Source: a virus
Lineage: Duplodnaviria > Caudoviricetes
IMG/VR virus record: IMGVR_UViG_3300024259_000011
DNA length: 64,000 bases
Strand: one strand, 5' to 3'
In this document: positions 8,770 through 16,887 of the stretch, piece by piece
Numbering within the stretch: the stretch's first letter is position 1
Layout of the letters: every line of letters begins with the position of its first letter
The notes under the pieces: generated by a model
What the model saw: only the letters and a program-made list of their open reading frames with translations
What the model was told of the DNA's origin: nothing
The model's database searches: none
Made by a program: the position numbers and the translations under genes

Positions 8770-9900
8770 TTATTCACTCTTTTCTTCATTTTCTTCATAA
8801 AAATCTGCAGCCTCTCCGATGCGCTTATCGAACTTCATGATGACTTCTTCATCCATGACCTCCATGACGTTCTTGCGGAACTCAGGCTCCTGTAGACGCT
8901 CGGTCCACTTGGAGGCTTGGAACTTGGGTCCAACAGCTTCGCCACTTGCATCAAGCAACGAGAACCATGCGCCGGCACGGGCTAGCCGTGGCGAGCCGTT
9001 GATTGCATCAAACCAACTTTCCTCGTCTTGGACACCAATAGCGTCACCCCATAAAATACGGAAGTTACACTGGCGACCCTGAGTACCGAAGCGAGACTTT
9101 TCAAGCTTCACCTTGACCTCGGAGCCAATGCGGAAGCCCTTATCGTCAGTGACGAAAGACGCTTTTGCCTTGCGACCGGTTAGCCAGATGCGTAGCGAGT
9201 ACGCATAGATCATAGCCTTGCCGCCGGGAGTCATGTACGGAGTTGTCATAGCCTCGGATGGCGAGCGAGTGATATTGGTCTTAAGCTGGTTAAGAACAAG
9301 AAACGTACTCTGCGAGTTGGCGATAGGGACAGTCAGCTTGGACATACCCTTAGCCAGAATGCGAGCCTTCACTGCCATAGATGACAGCGGATTGAAGTCT
9401 CCCTCAACATCTGATACAGACGGGGTGAGAGCCAGCGAGTCCCAGATGAATAGCATGCGGTTGTCGTTCGATCCCAATAACTCTTCAATAGTCTCCAGAA
9501 CAAACTCAACAGAGGTTGCCTGAACATACAAAAGGTTATTAAGATCGCAGCCGGCGCGCTCAAGGAATGTTGGGTCAATAGCAGACTCGCTATCAAAATA
9601 GATAACGTCAATACCCATGTCTTGAGCATTGGCTGCAACCTGTGCTGCCATGTAGCTCTTACCGGTCGATTCTAGTCCCGCAATCTCGGTGACCTTACCA
9701 ACCGGAATGCCAGCCAATCGCCCACGGCATGTAATGGAGTCAAGCCAGCGGGAGCCGGTGCGGATCCATTCCTTCACCTCCGTTGGATTATCTTCCTTAA
9801 GGTCGTGGGCTACGTTCTGACCAGCCTTCTTGTTGATTAGATCGCGCATGTCTTTAATGGAAAGCTTGCCAGCCCCATTGGATTTCTTACTTCGTGCCAT
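8770..9900 (-). CDS. recA: RecA/UvsX recombinase
   Basis: IRTGS, GIPVGKVTEIAG, Walker A GLESTGKS, DSE, WDSL, NQLK, TPGGKA, KSRF. Confidence 0.93.
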   Translation of the reverse strand: MARSKKSNGAGKLSIKDMRDLINKKAGQNVAHDLKEDNPTEVKEWIRTGSRWLDSITCRGRLAGIPVGKVTEIAGLESTGKSYMAAQVAANAQDMGIDVIYFDSESAIDPTFLERAGCDLNNLLYVQATSVEFVLETIEELLGSNDNRMLFIWDSLALTPSVSDVEGDFNPLSSMAVKARILAKGMSKLTVPIANSQSTFLVLNQLKTNITRSPSEAMTTPYMTPGGKAMIYAYSLRIWLTGRKAKASFVTDDKGFRIGSEVKVKLEKSRFGTQGRQCNFRILWGDAIGVQDEESWFDAINGSPRLARAGAWFSLLDASGEAVGPKFQASKWTERLQEPEFRKNVMEVMDEEVIMKFDKRIGEAADFYEENEEKSE

Positions 9901-9930
9901 TCTCAATTTATTCTCCTGAGTTGTGATACT

Positions 9931-9959
9931 ATAGTACCATAGATTGTTTGGTTTGTCGA
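9931..9959 (-). promoter_or_regulatory. sigma70-like promoter TCGACA-17-TACTAT
   Basis: Upstream of recA, followed by AGGAG. Confidence 0.55.
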
Positions 9960-9968
9960 GAGGTTTTT

Positions 9969-11030
9969 TTATCTAACTGCAAAGACAGTCCAAGAAACTC
10001 CCAGACTTGGATCATCATACATTCTTTCGCCGACTTTATAATGGGTCCGATTTGAATTTGAATATGTCGTACGCACTTTAGTAATTGGGCGAAGGCGGAA
10101 CTTGATATTGACATTAGGATCAGTGATATAATATTCTACGACTTCATCAATCGACTGAGTTTTCGCTAGAATATTTTGAAGGTCTGCAGGGTCGGTGATG
10201 CCGGGAGGTACATCAGCTATCAACACGGCATCTGCTCTCGCTGGATTCGTTTCCGCGCCGGCACACACAAGCGTTAAAAAGCTGCGGTAAGACTCACCCA
10301 ACACATCAGACAAATGAAGGTAAATGTTTTTTATTTTAAAAGAATTTTTCAGTAGCCCGTTCTTCCCAAAGGCTTCTGACACCGCCAAAGCTTGATGTGC
10401 TGCTCCATCTTTAGCCAGTGGGGAGGGGAAAGAGTACGAAGGGTCTGCTGCAGTCACAATCGAAAGGAATTGGTCCTTCTCTTCTTGGATCACAGATGCT
10501 TGTTCCGCTGTGATCTTTGCCAACTGCTCCTTCATGTCGTTTACAAGAATGTTACGAGCATCTTCCTCCAAGCCGACCTCGACAAGTTTTGCACGAAATT
10601 TAGCTTCATCCATCCGATTTTCTAAAAATCCAAAGTTTTCTTTCTTCATGCTTAGACCGATAGCGCCGCCGTCAGCTAGCACAAGGTTAATGTCTGCCTT
10701 TGGCTCTGGCTTGCCGCCGCCCATTTGTTTAGCGCCCACAACCATTTGCTCGCCCAAACTGCCAATGGTCATCGGAACAGGTTGACCACCGTTCGCGTTC
10801 ACAACGCTATTAACAGCAGCAACTAAGTTTCTCTCGCTATCCTGCCCAGACATTTGCTCTTGAAGTGACTCGGCTTCTGGAGCCAGAGAGCCAAAATCAT
10901 CGCAACCAATGGCAGAATCACAGATAGCAACTTCATCGTCTGCACCTGTTCCCAAATCTAACATTTCACCAGCCTCTTGCTCTTCTGTTAAGAATCTGCG
11001 CCAGCCTTCCATAATAGGTTTCATTGTCAT
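9969..11030 (-). CDS. putative PD-(D/E)xK nuclease with an N-terminal MKPIMEGWRRFLTE leader
   Basis: PEPKADINLV...IGLSMKK resembles the PKxD...SxK core of restriction-like nucleases; the ATG overlaps the TAA of the methylase (TAATG). Confidence 0.5.
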   Translation of the reverse strand: MTMKPIMEGWRRFLTEEQEAGEMLDLGTGADDEVAICDSAIGCDDFGSLAPEAESLQEQMSGQDSERNLVAAVNSVVNANGGQPVPMTIGSLGEQMVVGAKQMGGGKPEPKADINLVLADGGAIGLSMKKENFGFLENRMDEAKFRAKLVEVGLEEDARNILVNDMKEQLAKITAEQASVIQEEKDQFLSIVTAADPSYSFPSPLAKDGAAHQALAVSEAFGKNGLLKNSFKIKNIYLHLSDVLGESYRSFLTLVCAGAETNPARADAVLIADVPPGITDPADLQNILAKTQSIDEVVEYYITDPNVNIKFRLRPITKVRTTYSNSNRTHYKVGERMYDDPSLGVSWTVFAVR

Positions 11031-11875
11031 TACCCTATAATTAGTAGTTCGGATGAGGAACCCATTGTTTTTTTGCCAACACATTTGCCATCGACCCACT
11101 CGACGTTCTTCATGCCGTATGCCCACTCAGCAGTGACAAACTTGCGGTTAGAGTATAGATCACGGACCTCTGGACAATCATTGTATGACATTACCCAATC
11201 GGATCGGTCGGAAAGCAAGTTATAAAGCGCCATATGGTCAAATCCCGCGTGAAGCCCCCCTGCTTGCCCGTAGAGCATCGCAGCGTCTTCTGGCAGCATG
11301 TAGGGTGGGTCAAGGTACAGGAAGGCTCTAGGATGCCATGGGAGGCTTGTTTGAAAGTCTGCGTAGTCTACCCTGAAGTTCTCGGCGTTAAACCTGCGTA
11401 ATCGGTCGATAGACGACTGAGTGAAGCGAGCGTATGATGCTCTCTTAGACCAGCCACCAGAAAAGGTAGCGCCTGAGAAGCTAGAGCGATTGATCGCGTA
11501 GAACTTTGCCGCCTTCTCGTATGAAAACTTGAATGATGGATCTCGCAGTTCTTCACGAAGTTTAATAAAATCGTCTTTGGAACATCCTTCTACAAGTTTA
11601 GTAATGTCCTTCTCTTCAATCTCGTACTCCGTGCGTAGGGCGGTGACCTCATCAGCCAGCCTTTCGTTATCCGCACACAGCGCTTGCCAAAACCAAACAA
11701 GAGGCACCAGCTTGTCATAGCCGATAACCTCTGTACCTCTCGACGCTACCGCCAACTCAACCGAACCGCCGCCAAAGAATGGCGAACACAGACGCGAAAC
11801 GTCTTCGGGAATGTACGGCAAGATGTGCTTCACTGCACGCGATTTGCCGCCGGGATAACGAAGAGGCGTTTTCAT
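11030..11875 (-). CDS. dam: DNA adenine methyltransferase (Dam/D12 class)
   Basis: LRYPGGKS, motif I PFFGGGSV, INRSSFSG, motif IV YLDPPY, MSYND. Confidence 0.92.
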   Translation of the reverse strand: MKTPLRYPGGKSRAVKHILPYIPEDVSRLCSPFFGGGSVELAVASRGTEVIGYDKLVPLVWFWQALCADNERLADEVTALRTEYEIEEKDITKLVEGCSKDDFIKLREELRDPSFKFSYEKAAKFYAINRSSFSGATFSGGWSKRASYARFTQSSIDRLRRFNAENFRVDYADFQTSLPWHPRAFLYLDPPYMLPEDAAMLYGQAGGLHAGFDHMALYNLLSDRSDWVMSYNDCPEVRDLYSNRKFVTAEWAYGMKNVEWVDGKCVGKKTMGSSSELLIIG

Positions 11876-11897
11876 TTAAACTCTGGAAGAAGGATGG

Positions 11898-11929
11898 CGG
11901 CAGACTTTTAACCGGTCTGCCAGCGGCTT
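11898..11929 (-). ncRNA. structured element E3 (hairpin or H-type pseudoknot), near-copy of E2
   Basis: Sense sequence GCCGCT-GGCAGAC-CGGTTAAAA-GTCTGCC. Confidence 0.5.
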
Positions 11930-11932
11930 TGA

Positions 11933-12217
11933 CTACTCTGTGGTAGTCCCAGTGGTGGATGCGCCCGTAGCCGCACCGACCTCGCCATCTTCAGTCACCG
12001 TTGTCCCCTCAGTAGTCGTATTGGGGGTAACAGCCGTAGAAGGCGTGTTTGCTACATTGGTGGTTGTATCACCAGTGGTGATGGTCGCCGCCGTTGTTTC
12101 GGTAGTTACGATATCATCGCCGGTCACGGCTTGCCAGCCAATAACCACGGCACCAATAACGATAGCCACAATCACACCTTGAACTCTCCTATCGGAGAAA
12201 GAAAAAAGATTAGCCAT
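11933..12217 (-). CDS. single-pass membrane protein with Thr-rich low-complexity tail
   Basis: MANLFS start at 12217; hydrophobic VQGVIVAIVIGAVVIGW followed by a T/A/G-rich acidic tail. Confidence 0.65.
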   Translation of the reverse strand: MANLFSFSDRRVQGVIVAIVIGAVVIGWQAVTGDDIVTTETTAATITTGDTTTNVANTPSTAVTPNTTTEGTTVTEDGEVGAATGASTTGTTTE

Positions 12218-12218
12218 A

Positions 12219-12338
12219 TTATTCTGCTGCCTCGCTGCCTGTATCTTCAACCGCTGTATCTTCAGCGGCTGTGTCTTCGTCCTTATCCCCACACGCGAAC
12301 ATTAGCGCGAGAGGGAGAACATAAATAAAGTTCTTCAT
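12219..12338 (-). CDS. 39-aa lipoprotein not in the ORF track (MKNFIYVLPLALMFACGDKDEDTAAEDTAVEDTGSEAAE)
   Basis: AGGAG SD, positively charged N-terminus, hydrophobic stretch, lipobox-like MFA-C, acidic EDTA/EDTG repeats; fits exactly between the RNA elements and the next gene. Confidence 0.75.
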   Translation of the reverse strand: MKNFIYVLPLALMFACGDKDEDTAAEDTAVEDTGSEAAE

Positions 12339-12360
12339 TTTGTCTCCTGTATAATGAAAA

Positions 12361-12433
12361 ATGGCAGACTTTTGACCGGTCTGCCAGCGGAAAAATGGTG
12401 AGGCACCTGATAACCCTGTGCCTCCCTGTGGGA
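12361..12433 (-). ncRNA. tandem structured elements E1 and E2 downstream of the SSB gene
   Basis: E1 GAGGCAC-AGGGTTATCAG-GTGCCTC and E2 TGGCAGAC-CGGTCAAAA-GTCTGCCA, each followed by an ATTTTT tract; may also act as terminators. Confidence 0.5.
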
Positions 12434-12444
12434 TGGTTACATTA

Positions 12445-13218
12445 CTATGCGCCCATCAACTCATCAAAGGCGGCGTCAACCGGATCAGTCGTAGTGGTTG
12501 ACGGCGTGTACTTCTCAGTTTCACTGGAAGAAGTCTCGGCACTTTGATCTCCCGACAGATACTCATCGAGCATGGCTTCCACTTGCGCGGTAGTCGTGCG
12601 CTCAAAGAGCGTGTCGAAGTCGGGAATGTTGCCCAGAAGTTCTGCGCAGCGCTCATCTCCTCCTACAGCCTCATCGCATAGGGGCGAGGAACGACGACGG
12701 GGCGTCAGCTTCGTCTGGGGGAACGTGGCACCGGGAGGCTTACCATAAGTAAGACTCAAATCGGTACCCGATTCCGCATCAGTAATGTCCCCATATTCTG
12801 GGTTCAGTACAAGGCTAAGCAAGGACTCGTAAGCCATCTTGCCGTAGCCCCATGCACGTACACCAGAATCTTCTTCGCCACGTACGAGTACGGGACTAAA
12901 AAACCGCTGACGAGCGAAGAGACCTTTTGCCATCTTCTTTGCCTCTGCATCATCGTTTGCCGCTCCTTCCTTCCAGAGTTGGGAGGCAAACTCACACACA
13001 GGGCACCCGTCACCGTAGTTGCGCTTGGGGCACAAAAACCCACGGTTATTCCCCACGTTATAGTGGAAGAAGAACTCGCGGAAGGGGTCACCATCTTCGG
13101 TCGGAACAATGCGGATTGCTTGCTCGCCGTCGCTGGGACGCCAGAACTTGTTATCGCCGGAATCTTTGTTTTGGAGAGCATCCAGCTTCGCTCTCATTTT
13201 GCTAAGGTCAATAGCCAT
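12445..13218 (-). CDS. T4 gp32-like single-stranded DNA-binding protein
   Basis: KFWRPSDG, IRIVP, HY...LCP...CPVC zinc ligands, GDITD...GTDL, acidic C-terminus ending FDELMGA. Confidence 0.88.
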   Translation of the reverse strand: MAIDLSKMRAKLDALQNKDSGDNKFWRPSDGEQAIRIVPTEDGDPFREFFFHYNVGNNRGFLCPKRNYGDGCPVCEFASQLWKEGAANDDAEAKKMAKGLFARQRFFSPVLVRGEEDSGVRAWGYGKMAYESLLSLVLNPEYGDITDAESGTDLSLTYGKPPGATFPQTKLTPRRRSSPLCDEAVGGDERCAELLGNIPDFDTLFERTTTAQVEAMLDEYLSGDQSAETSSSETEKYTPSTTTTDPVDAAFDELMGA

Positions 13219-13278
13219 TTTGATTTTTCCTTTTGTTGGTTATAGTCAAGATGATAAATCTCTCATCTTGCTGTATAC

Positions 13279-13307
13279 AGTATAGCTTATTCTGAAGTCA
13301 AAGTCAA
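13279..13307 (-). promoter_or_regulatory. sigma70-like promoter TTGACT-17-TATACT
   Basis: Upstream of the SSB gene. Confidence 0.7.
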
Positions 13308-13573
13308 GAACTTTCTTCACTTTCTTCAAAGGGGCTATCCACTTCGATCTCTGACACGTCGCCGTCTGCCGTTTTCCAATTAAACATGCGGAATGCGTTC
13401 GTGTCCAAATCCCATACCAGTTCCATCCCCTCTGCGAGAGTGGACTTGCGACCGGTTCCCTTGACCTGAGAAGTGATAAACTTCTCGGGAATGTCGGTCA
13501 TACGGACAAATCGCATGGTGCGCGAGTCTCCGTTCTTCTTAGTAAATGTGCCGTTATATGCTTTCATCAGCAT
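13304..13573 (-). CDS. small SH3/WYL-like phage protein
   Basis: TFTKKNGDSRTM...VWDLDTNAFRMFNW pattern typical of small T4-like SH3-fold proteins. Confidence 0.6.
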   Translation of the reverse strand: MLMKAYNGTFTKKNGDSRTMRFVRMTDIPEKFITSQVKGTGRKSTLAEGMELVWDLDTNAFRMFNWKTADGDVSEIEVDSPFEESEESS

Positions 13574-14412
13574 TAGATCTCCTGTTGTATCTCAGATGTA
13601 TTGGCTATTAGATAGCCAAAGTTGTTGGTGTAGTCAGTAGAGTGAATCCGTACCGAAACGATAGTTTCATCACCTACCATTTTTGCGCTACGTTCGCGCA
13701 AAGATGTAAATAGCTTGCCGTCTGTTTCAAGCTGCTCTTTGTTGATAGCATAAATATAACATCTTTCGTTGATGGTGTCAAGGGGAAAGAACAACTTTTC
13801 TTCATTTTTTTCAATATCCACCACGCCGAAGGTCGAAACCCGGGCTGTTGTCAGCGCTGTTGCTGGTGTGTTGTAGACGGTCTTTGTATTCAGGAAAACG
13901 TTTGTCATGTGTATCGTGTCAACGATTAGCTCATTTAGACGTTTATAATACCCTATAACGGGCACGTTGTCAAGCACTTCTTCTATCTTTTTGTTATCGA
14001 CCAGATAAATCTTCTCAAAGATGCCAGACCTTGCATATTCCTGCAGCACATAATAAGCTGTGCGCTCATGCAGAAGTGCCTCCTTGCTCAGAAGGGAGCG
14101 ATCCGGCTTGACATAAAGAATATTAATCTTGCATCTCTGGATTTGTTCTAGGATCTTTAATGTTGCCGCTGAAACCTTTCCGGCGCCGCAGACGATAAAT
14201 AGCACTTCGTCGTCTTTCTTTAGTGTTCTAAAGAACGTCTTAAGGTTTAACGGGTCACCCTCGTAGCCCACTACATTGGCAGACTCAGGAATAGGATAGC
14301 AGCCTTTGCCCTTTGTCAGCCCAACGTCAAGCTTATAAACATTGTATTGTGGATACTGCGCAAACCCGTCTGCGATGTTGCAGCCGGCAGCGCCTAAACC
14401 GATGATATTCAT
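13573..14412 (-). CDS. divergent FtsZ/tubulin-like GTPase-fold protein
   Basis: N-terminal IIGLGAAGCNIAD (T1 loop), FIVCGAGKVSAAT at the position of GGGTGSG, and LVDN as in FtsZ IxIDN. Confidence 0.7.
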   Translation of the reverse strand: MNIIGLGAAGCNIADGFAQYPQYNVYKLDVGLTKGKGCYPIPESANVVGYEGDPLNLKTFFRTLKKDDEVLFIVCGAGKVSAATLKILEQIQRCKINILYVKPDRSLLSKEALLHERTAYYVLQEYARSGIFEKIYLVDNKKIEEVLDNVPVIGYYKRLNELIVDTIHMTNVFLNTKTVYNTPATALTTARVSTFGVVDIEKNEEKLFFPLDTINERCYIYAINKEQLETDGKLFTSLRERSAKMVGDETIVSVRIHSTDYTNNFGYLIANTSEIQQEI

Positions 14413-14420
14413 TCTTCACC

Positions 14421-16802
14421 TCAACTATATAAAAAGTTTTTCCAGTTCTTAACGATAGACTCGTTAGTGGTTTGTGCAGGGGGAGTGTCCATGTCTCCCC
14501 GACCAGTAAGACCGTCGCCAACTATGTGACTGAACATTGCCTGAATCTTTGCGTCAAGCACCTCTTCGTCTTCCCACTCCTCGATTGTCCACTTCATAGC
14601 CTTGACTTGGGCTTCGCTGCTGTGATCATAGCAGGAAAAGGTCAGAACAAGCCTGATGTTGGCTTCGTCTGTCGTGCGAATCTCTTCGGTGTACACTCTG
14701 AAGTCTGGATATTGACGATCATCACCTGATACCTGTGTACCTGCCCATGCTTTCTCCACCAGCGCTTTGCGTAATGGAATAGTAAAATCTCTGCTCTCCA
14801 AGATCGTGCGTGCGTCTTGGACGCTCATGCCTTCTGGTATAGCAGGATATGCTGTGTGTGAGCCATCAATCTCAGTATACGTCATGGGCTCTTCTTCGTT
14901 GGCAGTCATGTCCCATTCGTAGTAATCAGCATCTCCGTTTTCGATCTCCTGACCCCACTCGTTGATGGTGCCGCCTTCCATAAAGCCGTCGCGCTTAGCC
15001 ATGCGAGTGATCTCGCCTTTGACGGCATCGTACATGTCATCGATGCGATTTACTTCAATACAGTAATCTTCAAAGCTATCAGGATCATAGACTATTCCTT
15101 CCTCTATGATGCCTTCGTTGTCCATATCAATAGTAAGTCTGATGGTGCCATTGGAGTACTTCAGTAAGCGAGTGCCGTGGCTATCCTGTGCCCAATTCCA
15201 TTCATAGTCTTGAAGCTCAGCCATCCAGTACCCGACAGCTTTGCCGTCCTGTGGTAGAGAATCCCATTCGTCTATTTCCCAATCTATATTCATTTCGGCG
15301 GCTGCATCGATGTAGAAGCTTTCATCATAGTCTTCTGTGACTTCTGCTTGGACTCGACATGCTTGATAGCGGTTATTCCAATCGGCGGCTGTGTCGTCGC
15401 ATTCTTCTTGGGCGTTAGCCATTTGCCCTTGAATGAATCTCATGTCCGGAAGCGACTGTTCTGTTTCTTCGTTCTGTCCCATGAGTTCATATTCGATACC
15501 GGTCAAGTCTTTTACAAGCTCTTTAATATTATTATCCTCGTAGGATCCGCCGTACTTGACCAGCCAGCCATCGTCTGGACTTAATGTTGAAATAACCCCT
15601 GACTGGTTTTCTTTAGCCCATGCTTGCACTCTGTCGCGGAAGCCGGGAATCCTCAAGCCATAGACGCGGCTTTCTGGTACAGCAATCTGTGGTCCGTTTC
15701 CGTATTTGGCTGCAGACCTATCAGCGTATGCGCGAACCTGACGTAAGCGGACGCGGGCTACGGGAAGCATCTCCATAGATAGTCCGACATGGCTACCGCG
15801 TATGTCATCCGCAAATATCTCACCATCATATTCGTGAATATATTTTTCAGCGCCTTCGATAGTCTCGGACCCGGTGGACTCTAATAGCTCCGCAGTTTCC
15901 ACCACGTAAGCAATAGCGCCATGACCGTGAGCCTCTGCGACCGCACATTTAAAATAAGACGTATCACCACCTCTAGATGGCGGTGAGTGGCATGACGTAA
16001 TCCGATTGAAGTCCGACATGCGGATAATGTCAACAGGATCCCGTGAAATGATAATGCTGTATTTGTTTTCGGTTAGATTGCCGATGTTCTTCTTAATGTA
16101 ATCGGCATTCTGCTGCCAGTATACTTGCATTTTCTTGGCGTCTGCTGAGCTAAGCGTGAGTCCGCCAAGATACATTTGAAGCTGATCGAATAACTGGTCG
16201 TACCTCTTCACTTCCTGCTCATCGAGGGCTGCGGCAATCATCTTTCCTGTAAGCTGACCGGGCTTGTCGAGTGCTCCGTAACCGCCTTGAGTATAGCCAA
16301 TACTATTTAAGTGATCGAAGACCTTTTGAGAGAGCGCTTCTCTCTTTGAAGCCAGTTCATAAATCTTTCCGAAAAACTTACCGATCTTCATCTGGACTTT
16401 CTTCTTTTTAGGGATGGTGTTCGCTAACGTTGCGGCATCCTGAAAGCCCAGCGCAGCGACCGAAGCTGAGATACTGCTATCCTTTAACTCTCTTTCGCCC
16501 GAAATCAGACCTTTTTCCCAATCTACGTCATAGCCCGCTTTGCGGAACCCATCGACAAACTTTCCTAAGTCGCTGGAAGTATTCATTGTCGGAAAATCGA
16601 GCACAAGGCGCGTTTTGCCTCCAAACAGTTCGTTAAACGCCAGTTCGTCCGGCTCGAAGCCATCGATGACATCTTGGATAACCGAGATCTCGTCTTCATC
16701 CAGTTCTCGGAGCAATTTCCGCTCTGTGTACATTTTTGGCTTTTTAGCCGGTTTTGCGGCTTCAGTTAAAAAACTGCGCCAGCTATTTTCATCATAACTC
16801 AT
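14421..16802 (-). CDS. large hypothetical protein (793 aa) with W-x-x-F-L motifs at both termini
   Basis: Long ORF with GAGG SD; internal ISRDPVDIIRMSD...TSCHS...YFKCA motif; acidic C-terminal half. Confidence 0.75.
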   Translation of the reverse strand: MSYDENSWRSFLTEAAKPAKKPKMYTERKLLRELDEDEISVIQDVIDGFEPDELAFNELFGGKTRLVLDFPTMNTSSDLGKFVDGFRKAGYDVDWEKGLISGERELKDSSISASVAALGFQDAATLANTIPKKKKVQMKIGKFFGKIYELASKREALSQKVFDHLNSIGYTQGGYGALDKPGQLTGKMIAAALDEQEVKRYDQLFDQLQMYLGGLTLSSADAKKMQVYWQQNADYIKKNIGNLTENKYSIIISRDPVDIIRMSDFNRITSCHSPPSRGGDTSYFKCAVAEAHGHGAIAYVVETAELLESTGSETIEGAEKYIHEYDGEIFADDIRGSHVGLSMEMLPVARVRLRQVRAYADRSAAKYGNGPQIAVPESRVYGLRIPGFRDRVQAWAKENQSGVISTLSPDDGWLVKYGGSYEDNNIKELVKDLTGIEYELMGQNEETEQSLPDMRFIQGQMANAQEECDDTAADWNNRYQACRVQAEVTEDYDESFYIDAAAEMNIDWEIDEWDSLPQDGKAVGYWMAELQDYEWNWAQDSHGTRLLKYSNGTIRLTIDMDNEGIIEEGIVYDPDSFEDYCIEVNRIDDMYDAVKGEITRMAKRDGFMEGGTINEWGQEIENGDADYYEWDMTANEEEPMTYTEIDGSHTAYPAIPEGMSVQDARTILESRDFTIPLRKALVEKAWAGTQVSGDDRQYPDFRVYTEEIRTTDEANIRLVLTFSCYDHSSEAQVKAMKWTIEEWEDEEVLDAKIQAMFSHIVGDGLTGRGDMDTPPAQTTNESIVKNWKNFLYS

Positions 16803-16817
16803 GAAATATCCTCTGCC

Positions 16818-16829
16818 TTATAAATAGTT
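16818..16829 (-). promoter_or_regulatory. late-type promoter motif AACTATTTATAA
   Basis: One of about 11 ACTAHTTAH-like motifs upstream of gene starts (see findings). Confidence 0.6.
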
Positions 16830-16887
16830 AACTAAACCGCAAATCTGGAAATTATAGCGCCGAAAAAAATTTGACATAACGGCGTTA

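Noticed and set aside
13573-14412. Nucleus-forming jumbo phage inferred from the tubulin-like gene
   Set aside because: No chimallin or multisubunit RNA polymerase genes here; head and tail genes are T4-like and promoters are sigma-type.
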